Shown in pieces: positions 57,796-64,000 of a stretch of 64,000 nt of DNA. The DNA comes from Gemmatimonadota bacterium (GTDB taxonomy: Bacteria > Gemmatimonadota > Gemmatimonadetes > Gemmatimonadales > GWC2-71-9): positions 64,001-128,000 of the forward strand of contig JAZDCZ010000011.1 of NCBI GenBank assembly GCA_036679605.1, given 5' to 3'. The position numbers and the translations under genes are program-made. The notes under the pieces are model-generated. The model did not search any database and was not told the origin of the DNA. It saw only the letters and a program-made list of their open reading frames with translations. Numbering within the stretch: position 1 is the first letter of the stretch; each line of letters opens with the position of its first letter.

Positions 57796-59997
57796 TCACG
57801 GCTGGGACCCTTCCGTTGTCGCTATTTCTTCGGTAAGCGCTTCCGCTTGCCGCAGCGCTGAGAAAAGGTCAGTGTACTCGAACCGTATGCGACCGAGTTC
57901 GTCCGTAATGAAGTACTCGGGCGTCCCCCACGAGTTGAACGCTCTAGTCGCTTCATGGCGAGTATCGTGATAAAGCGGCTGGGTAACGCCCCGTTCTCGA
58001 ACAAACTCGTACAAGTCGTCCGACGGCGGCTGTTCTGCGACGATCACCACGGCAATGCCACGTTCCTCCAAGACCTGAGCCAAACGTCCGATGTCCGGGA
58101 GCGCCTGAATGGCCTCACCGCAGTACCGATTCCATATCACGACCAGGGTCACCCGGCTATTTGTAATCTCGCGGAACGTTCGGGTCGTGCCGTCCCGGGT
58201 TACCAACCGGATGCGCTCCGGCAGGGATCGCATTGTCGCATCCCGGAGCGTACGACGGTGCATGGTCTCGCGGGCGGTGCGCACGTGCTCTTCCCATGAA
58301 GAAGGGTCAAAGGCTTGGCCGAGGCGCTCTCGTGCCGTGTCAGCGAAACTCGCGGTCGTCGTCGGATCGGCCGCAACGCGTGCGAGCGTTCGAAACGCAG
58401 CGCTCGCTTGCCCAAGTTCGAGTTGCACTTCGGCCACGCTCCGGAAGACCTTAGTATTCCAGCCGATATTGACCGCTCTCTGAAGCGACTCAGCCGCTCG
58501 CTCGGTTTGCCCGTCGTCCAAAAGCACACGCCCAAACTGATTCGACAAGCGTTGGATCGGAATCTCGAGTCTGCGCTGGTTCTCCTCAACGGTCATCTCT
58601 AGTGGGCGATCCTCGTCGGGGGCGGCCTCCACTCGATCGAGCTCAGCTTCAAGTATCTGGATGGCGCGTTGGCGGAGGGTCGGAATTGCGGCGAGACGCG
58701 CAGCCACCTCCGTGCTCAATGACGGAAAGACCGCGAGGAAACGCTCCGCCCAACGGATGGTGAGGTCGGCGTCCCGGGTGCCCGCAGCGAAGTTGAGGCC
58801 CTGGCGCACCAGATGCCTGTACCCAGGACCACCCTTGTCGGGCTCGTGCTCTACGACGGTCCACACGGAGTCCAACTCATGTAGGACGCGCGTCGTATCC
58901 TTATAGTGCGGCACGAGAATATCGTAGACGATGTGCAGTTGGAGCGACTGCGTATGGTGTGGGAATCGCCTCAGTAACGCGGTGCGCCAGTGCTCGGACG
59001 CAATCGAATCCTTCGCTCCGCGCGCAGCTAACATCATCCATTGCAGCGCGTCGCCGTCGAGGTCTTGCCGATCCCGAAGTTCCCGATTGAGTTGCGCAAA
59101 ACGCTCTTGAAAGCGCGGCAGACCGCTATCGGACCATGCCGTAGTACCCAACGCGAGCGGTTCGAAAAAACTCACCGCTGACAGCCCGTGGGGATCGCTG
59201 GGGTATTGGCGCGCCAGCTCTTTCGCGGATTCAAACGCCAGCTCCCAGTTGCGGCCCATCATGTCGGACGAGCGCTGCTCGAGCGCTTCCGCAATCGGCC
59301 GGCCATCCGCTTGGTGTACAGACAGCTCCCAGAGGCGGCGGCCGTTGTTGTCGACAATACGCCCATCGAGCGTTTCGACTGCGAATACGGCATACACGAT
59401 CGAGTCGGGGAGCGTAAATGAGCCGCGGAACAACAGGTCGTCTGTCCGAACGAGCGTGGCCACCACCGTTGTCTTCATCCCTACGTTGTAGTTCTCGTCG
59501 TGTTTGCTGCGCAGTCTGGCGCGTACTCGTAGTTCCTGCTGCTCGGCCATTCCGGGATCAGCGCGGTACGTCAGGGCAATTCGCTCGCCCCGCTCGGGTC
59601 GTGACGGCTGGAACGAGAGATCACTCCGGAACGCGCCGAGTTCACGCACCCCCACGGCGAAGATGCCCCCAACGATGGCGATGATGAGTATCGCCGCGCG
59701 GGCCAAAGCGCTTGCTGACCGCAGGCGAGGTGGATCGTTGAGCGGAAGCCGGATGCGTTCTCCGGCGGCACGGCGTGCGAGCGCTCGCTCGAGTATGCCG
59801 GCAGGCGGTTCGATCTCCACCCCGTCGCTCGCTGCGCGGCCGAGCACACGGATGAAGCGAATACGCGCACGGCAGTGCGGGCAAACGCTCACATGTGATG
59901 CGACGCGCTCCGCGGGGGAGCCGCTCAGGTCGGCGTCGGCGAACCGGTGTAGGGTCCGTTCACTGGGATGTCGGGACGTCCTGTTCGTTCTGCTCAT
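57796..59997 (-). CDS. ZAS (zf-HC2) anti-sigma factor with TM helix, helical/TPR-like region and C-terminal thioredoxin-like domain
   Basis: HVSVCPHC zinc motif, TM ILIIAIVGGIFAV, then VVIWNRYCGEA and FNSWGTPEYFITDELGRIRF (TlpA/redoxin pattern). Overlaps the sigma stop by 4 nt. Confidence 0.8.
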   Translation of the reverse strand: MSRTNRTSRHPSERTLHRFADADLSGSPAERVASHVSVCPHCRARIRFIRVLGRAASDGVEIEPPAGILERALARRAAGERIRLPLNDPPRLRSASALARAAILIIAIVGGIFAVGVRELGAFRSDLSFQPSRPERGERIALTYRADPGMAEQQELRVRARLRSKHDENYNVGMKTTVVATLVRTDDLLFRGSFTLPDSIVYAVFAVETLDGRIVDNNGRRLWELSVHQADGRPIAEALEQRSSDMMGRNWELAFESAKELARQYPSDPHGLSAVSFFEPLALGTTAWSDSGLPRFQERFAQLNRELRDRQDLDGDALQWMMLAARGAKDSIASEHWRTALLRRFPHHTQSLQLHIVYDILVPHYKDTTRVLHELDSVWTVVEHEPDKGGPGYRHLVRQGLNFAAGTRDADLTIRWAERFLAVFPSLSTEVAARLAAIPTLRQRAIQILEAELDRVEAAPDEDRPLEMTVEENQRRLEIPIQRLSNQFGRVLLDDGQTERAAESLQRAVNIGWNTKVFRSVAEVQLELGQASAAFRTLARVAADPTTTASFADTARERLGQAFDPSSWEEHVRTARETMHRRTLRDATMRSLPERIRLVTRDGTTRTFREITNSRVTLVVIWNRYCGEAIQALPDIGRLAQVLEERGIAVVIVAEQPPSDDLYEFVRERGVTQPLYHDTRHEATRAFNSWGTPEYFITDELGRIRFEYTDLFSALRQAEALTEEIATTEGSQP

Positions 59998-60539
59998 GGT
60001 GGTCCTCCGAGTAGCTTTCGAAGCTTTTTTCTCGCGCGAAACAGCCGCACTTCAGACGTGTTCTTCGAGATGCCGAGAAGCTTGCCGATTTCCGCATGGG
60101 AGTAGCCTTCAATCTCTCTTAGGACGAAGACTATCCGGAGCCGGTTCGGTATTCGCGCGAGCGCTTGCTCGATCTCCACTCGCTCGATTACCACGTCGAG
60201 GCGCTGCGGGTCTGCGACCGACTCCATACTCGCTCTCAACGGACGCCAGAACCGAGCCCGCCGCACCCGCATGAGTGCCACACGAGTCGTGACCCGACTA
60301 AGCCACCCTTCAAAGGAGCCGCGTTCCTCGAAGGATTGGAGCGCCTCAGGCAACCCAACAAACACATCCTGCATGACATCTTCCGCATCCGAGGGGGAGC
60401 CCCCGATACGTAGAGCGATGCCGAACACCATCGTTCGATACGTGCGGAACAAGCTGGCCAAGGCATCGGGCGCACCGGTACTTGCCTGGGCGAGCAGCGT
60501 CCCGAGATCCTCTTGATCGTTCAGGCTGCTGATCCTCAC
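59994..60539 (-). CDS. ECF RNA polymerase sigma factor
   Basis: Region 2 DAEDVMQDVF...SFEGWLSRV. Region 4 VFVLREIEGYSHAEIGKLLGIS...RLFRAR. Confidence 0.92.
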   Translation of the reverse strand: MRISSLNDQEDLGTLLAQASTGAPDALASLFRTYRTMVFGIALRIGGSPSDAEDVMQDVFVGLPEALQSFEERGSFEGWLSRVTTRVALMRVRRARFWRPLRASMESVADPQRLDVVIERVEIEQALARIPNRLRIVFVLREIEGYSHAEIGKLLGISKNTSEVRLFRARKKLRKLLGGPP

Positions 60540-60713
60540 GGAACCGCTGATTTGCTGTGCATGTCTATAAGATGCCTGACGGCCTCCAAAGCTTACATTT
60601 CGGTATGATGCCGTAAGGTTGGTTTAGGAGTCGAGCGCGATCGACGTTCGGCGAGAACGAGTCGAGCGGCCAGAGGGTGACCTGGGGAGGGCTCCTAGAA
60701 CGGTTTGGCTTCC

Positions 60714-63476
60714 TTACTCCGAGCGCAACGCCTCGACCGGGTCTATTCGCGCTGCTCGCCGCGCCGGGACATAGCTGGCTAGCAGGTTCACGCACAGCAG
60801 CAGGGCCGGCACGACGACGAAAGTCACTGGATCGACGGGAAGGACGCCGAACAGTAGGGTCCGCATGAAACGTGTCAACACGAACGCTCCAATGAGGCCG
60901 GCGCCGATGCCTACCAGTGCCACAGTGCTAGCGTGCTTAAGCACCATGGAACTCACCTGCCTGGCCTGTGCACCCAGGGCCACCCTCACTCCGATCTCTT
61001 GAGTTCGTTGGCTCACCACATAGGATACCACCCCGTAGATCCCCACCGCTCCCAGCAGCAACGCCACAGCCGCGGCTAGTGCCAACAAGACCATCGTGAA
61101 CGCCATCTGAATCCCGGCATCGGAGACCAGCTGTTCCATACTCTGCACGCGAGCGATGGGCAGGTTGGGATTCATAGCCCAGACTTCTCTGCGTACGGTA
61201 CGTGCCAACTCCAGCGGCGGTGTCGATGTACGCACGACGTAAGTCAGGACCTGAGGTGAGACGCCTCGGGTGCTGTCACTGTGTAGCAGCGGCAGGTAGA
61301 TCGTTGGGCTGGGGTCATCGGTGAGATTCCGTATGGGCGAGTTTTCCACTACTCCCACGACCGTGTACCAATTGTTCTCGGAAGGTTCGCCACCATGATA
61401 AACCATCTTGCCGATTGGATTCTGTCCCGGCCAGAAGCGTTGCACCAGGGCCGCATTTACCACAGCGGCACCGTTTCGCTGCTGTTGATCCTGCAGTTCG
61501 ATGGTTCGACCCGACAGAAGGGAAACCTTCAATGTCTCGAAGTAGCCAGCACTCACTCGGCGGTGTGCTACCACAGGAGGTATGACGCCGGGCTCCGGTG
61601 ATGAGTTTTTCACATAGAGCGGGCTCCCGGCCCAAGCTCCGCATAGCGGAAGGCAGGTCACCGCTCCTGCGAGTTCCACACTGGGCAGTCCATTCAACCG
61701 GTCCATCAACTCTTGATGGAACGCGACCGCACTTTCGCGACTCGGGTGATCGCTCGTAGAGAGACCTACCTGAAACGTCAGCACGCTTTTGGACTCGAAC
61801 CCGGGATCGATATTGATCAGATGCCAAAAACTGCGAGTCATCAAGCCCGCAGCCACAAGGAGGATCAGTGCCAGCGCCACTTGGCTTGCTACGAGCACGT
61901 TGCGAGCCCGGAGTCTGGTATGCCCAGCCGTTGCTCCTCTGCCGCCTTCTCTCAGCGAAGCAACGAGATGCGGCATCGCTCGGGTGCTGGGGATCATTCC
62001 GAATAGGATGCCGGTTGCGAACGAAATACCCCCGGTGAAGGCGATGACGGTTCCGTTGACCGCTACCTCATGAAGCCGTGGGATGCTTGCCGGTCCGAAA
62101 TTCACGAGCACGTGCACACCCAGGAGGGCGAGCCCAACTCCTATCACGCCACCGGCAACGGCGAGCATGGTGCTCTCAGTGAGAAAGTGCAGCACCATTT
62201 GGCCGCGGTCGGCGCCAAGCGCCTTGCGCACCGCTATCTCGCGCTGGCGGCTCTCTGCCCGGACCAGGAAGAGATTTGCGACGTTAGCACAAGCGATTAA
62301 GAGGATGATGCCCACCGTTCCGACCAGGATCCAGAGAGTTCGCTCGATGTCGCCCACCTCCTGCTCTTTGAGCGGTATCACAATCGAACTGAGGCGAGCG
62401 TCGTTGACCACACTTTGGCTGGCGGAGCCGGGAAAAGCTTCCGTCAAGCGCGGGATCAGGCTCTCGATATCAACCTGTGCATCGGCCGGCTCGAAACCGG
62501 GTTTGAGTCGTGCAATTCCATGGCGGTTAAAGCCCCCGAATCTCGCGGTGGCAGGATCGACGACCAATGGTATCCAGAGCTGCGTGTCACGGGACGGAAA
62601 TCCGAAGTCCGGCGGCATTACGCCGACTACTTCGACGGGAGTGCCATCCAGTTGTATTGTCCGACCGACAATCGATTGGTCGGAACCGTAGCGGGTCGAC
62701 CATAGCTGGTGGCTGAGCACGGCAGCGCCTGTCCCGCCGGAGTAGTCGTCGGCATCGGTAAGCCATCTTCCGATGAGTGGTGGTACTCGAAGCACATCAA
62801 ACAGAGTGTGTGTTGCCAAGGATGCATTGACTCGTTCAGGCTCGCCGTCGCCCGTGAGACTCAAGTCAGCGTCGAAGTAAATGGCTACCTCCTCCAACGT
62901 CTTGTTGAGCGCACGGTAGTGGACATACAGGCCCGAAGTCATATCTAATCCCCGAGGCGTACCGATTCCCGGAGCGCCGTGATCGAGCCAAACCAATCGG
63001 TCGGAATCGGGGTACGGTAGCGGGTTCAGAACGACGCTGTTTACCACACTGAAAATGGCGGCATTCGCACCGATGCCGACGGCGAGAGTCACGACGGTTG
63101 CTGCGGTGAACCCCGGACTCTTAATCAGTCGGCGGGCCGCATGGCGGATTTCCTGAGCGAGAGCTGACATGAAGTGCCTCTCCGTTCTAGCGGCGTGCGG
63201 AACTCGTCTCCTGTAGGCGGGATTGAAGTCTCGAACGCGTTGTTTGAGTGCCACCACGATCAGGCCAACCAGCTCCCGAACCACGAAGGCGAGACTTCCG
63301 ACCGACCCCGAGGTGGTGCGTACCTCGCGAAGTCTCAGATCAAACATCGCCACCATGCCATCGCGGTAAAGATCGCGGAACGGTTGCGGGCATAGACGCA
63401 GCGCAAATCGGTAGAGCGTCTGCTCCAAATGCAACAGGTACTTCCGACGGCCTTGTTCGGGTTGCTGATCCAACAT
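60714..63476 (-). CDS. ADOP-type duplicated permease #11 (class C leader)
   Basis: Leader ALRLCPQPFRDLYRDGM. Motifs QEIRHAAR, HGAPG, RAESRQREIA, PARRAARIDP. Confidence 0.92.
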   Translation of the reverse strand: MLDQQPEQGRRKYLLHLEQTLYRFALRLCPQPFRDLYRDGMVAMFDLRLREVRTTSGSVGSLAFVVRELVGLIVVALKQRVRDFNPAYRRRVPHAARTERHFMSALAQEIRHAARRLIKSPGFTAATVVTLAVGIGANAAIFSVVNSVVLNPLPYPDSDRLVWLDHGAPGIGTPRGLDMTSGLYVHYRALNKTLEEVAIYFDADLSLTGDGEPERVNASLATHTLFDVLRVPPLIGRWLTDADDYSGGTGAAVLSHQLWSTRYGSDQSIVGRTIQLDGTPVEVVGVMPPDFGFPSRDTQLWIPLVVDPATARFGGFNRHGIARLKPGFEPADAQVDIESLIPRLTEAFPGSASQSVVNDARLSSIVIPLKEQEVGDIERTLWILVGTVGIILLIACANVANLFLVRAESRQREIAVRKALGADRGQMVLHFLTESTMLAVAGGVIGVGLALLGVHVLVNFGPASIPRLHEVAVNGTVIAFTGGISFATGILFGMIPSTRAMPHLVASLREGGRGATAGHTRLRARNVLVASQVALALILLVAAGLMTRSFWHLINIDPGFESKSVLTFQVGLSTSDHPSRESAVAFHQELMDRLNGLPSVELAGAVTCLPLCGAWAGSPLYVKNSSPEPGVIPPVVAHRRVSAGYFETLKVSLLSGRTIELQDQQQRNGAAVVNAALVQRFWPGQNPIGKMVYHGGEPSENNWYTVVGVVENSPIRNLTDDPSPTIYLPLLHSDSTRGVSPQVLTYVVRTSTPPLELARTVRREVWAMNPNLPIARVQSMEQLVSDAGIQMAFTMVLLALAAAVALLLGAVGIYGVVSYVVSQRTQEIGVRVALGAQARQVSSMVLKHASTVALVGIGAGLIGAFVLTRFMRTLLFGVLPVDPVTFVVVPALLLCVNLLASYVPARRAARIDPVEALRSE

Positions 63477-63481
63477 GTTCG

Positions 63482-63841
63482 TCAGGCTGATTGCGTGAAG
63501 AGACGCTTCCGCCGAGTGGCAGAAACCAACTGGTTCATGCGTTGCGCCTCCAGCGCGACAACACTTCGTCCTAACTTCGTGAGTTGGAAATATTGTCTCC
63601 GGGAGTCCGACGATTTCGACGTTGCCCCTGTGGCAGGTCTTAGCATGCCGTCATCTGTGAGACGTTTGAGAGCCTGATAGAGCCCGCCGGTGGTTGGATT
63701 CAGCTTGCCCTCGGAACTTTCCTGAATCTCCTTGCCGATGGCGTATCCATGGGCCGGTCCGTCTCCCAACGCGAGCAGGATATGAAACGACATGTTGCTA
63801 AGGGGTAAGAACTCGTTCGATTGCGATTTTCCGCTCGTCAT
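63482..63841 (-). CDS. PadR-family repressor #11 (class C)
   Basis: FLPLSNMSFHILLALGDGPAHGYAI...GGLYQALKRL...SRRQYFQLT. Confidence 0.92.
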   Translation of the reverse strand: MTSGKSQSNEFLPLSNMSFHILLALGDGPAHGYAIGKEIQESSEGKLNPTTGGLYQALKRLTDDGMLRPATGATSKSSDSRRQYFQLTKLGRSVVALEAQRMNQLVSATRRKRLFTQSA

Positions 63842-63890
63842 CGTGGTGGTTCCCCGGTTGTGCTGTCACGCCGGCGGTTTGACCGACTGA

Positions 63891-63941
63891 TACTATAGGA
63901 GTAACTACTATAGTATTGGGGGCAGGGCGAGTTAATGTCAA
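63891..63941 (-). promoter_or_regulatory. Candidate promoter/operator of padR #11
   Basis: Minus-strand TTGACA at 63941-63936. TACTATAG at 63891 and 63906; the second is part of the palindrome TACTATAGTA. Confidence 0.55.
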
Positions 63942-64000
63942 GCCGTCATCGCTCATGTCGGGATGAGAAGGCCACACTGACTATCCCACTCGGCATCGGC

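Noticed and set aside
9302..63476. Annotating the permeases as macB macrolide exporters
   Set aside because: They have no fused ATPase, no MacA/TolC neighbours and a duplicated architecture. Substrate and even transport function are unsupported.
1..64000. rRNA, tRNA, riboswitches and strong intrinsic terminators
   Set aside because: No cloverleaf, rRNA signature or clear hairpin plus U-tract was seen by eye. A covariance-model search would be needed to exclude small RNAs.

Overview
This 64 kb window is GC-rich bacterial DNA. The gene content suggests Gemmatimonadota or Acidobacteriota, but that is inference. It is dominated by eleven two-gene cassettes (ten intact, one broken). Each is a ~110-130 aa PadR-family repressor directly followed by a ~880-920 aa duplicated MacB/FtsX-type permease of the ADOP family. 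No ABC ATPase or membrane-fusion protein is encoded in the window. The PadRs fall into three sequence classes, and each class is paired without exception with its own type of N-terminal leader on the permease (3 class A, 2 class B, 6 class C). All class A cassettes carry a doubled CCCCT(A/G)-N7-(T/C)AGGGG operator over a sigma70 promoter. Five of six class C permeases have an internal Shine-Dalgarno plus start codon at the leader/body junction. One permease body type occurs with two different leader/PadR classes. Together this looks like an expanded, modular family of membrane sensor/repressor pairs rather than ordinary transporters (a hypothesis; the PadR-ADOP gene association itself is already known). 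Interspersed are two other membrane-signalling pairs (BlaI plus an M56 protein with helical repeats; ECF sigma plus a ZAS anti-sigma with a thioredoxin-fold tail) and many hydrolases (beta-lactamase-family, tricorn S41, S9, M1-like, a tandemly duplicated gluzincin, alpha/beta hydrolase). There are also TrmB and MocR regulators, a DMT transporter, and an IS2-group element abutting a decayed IS3-family transposase. I saw no rRNA, tRNA or CRISPR array.
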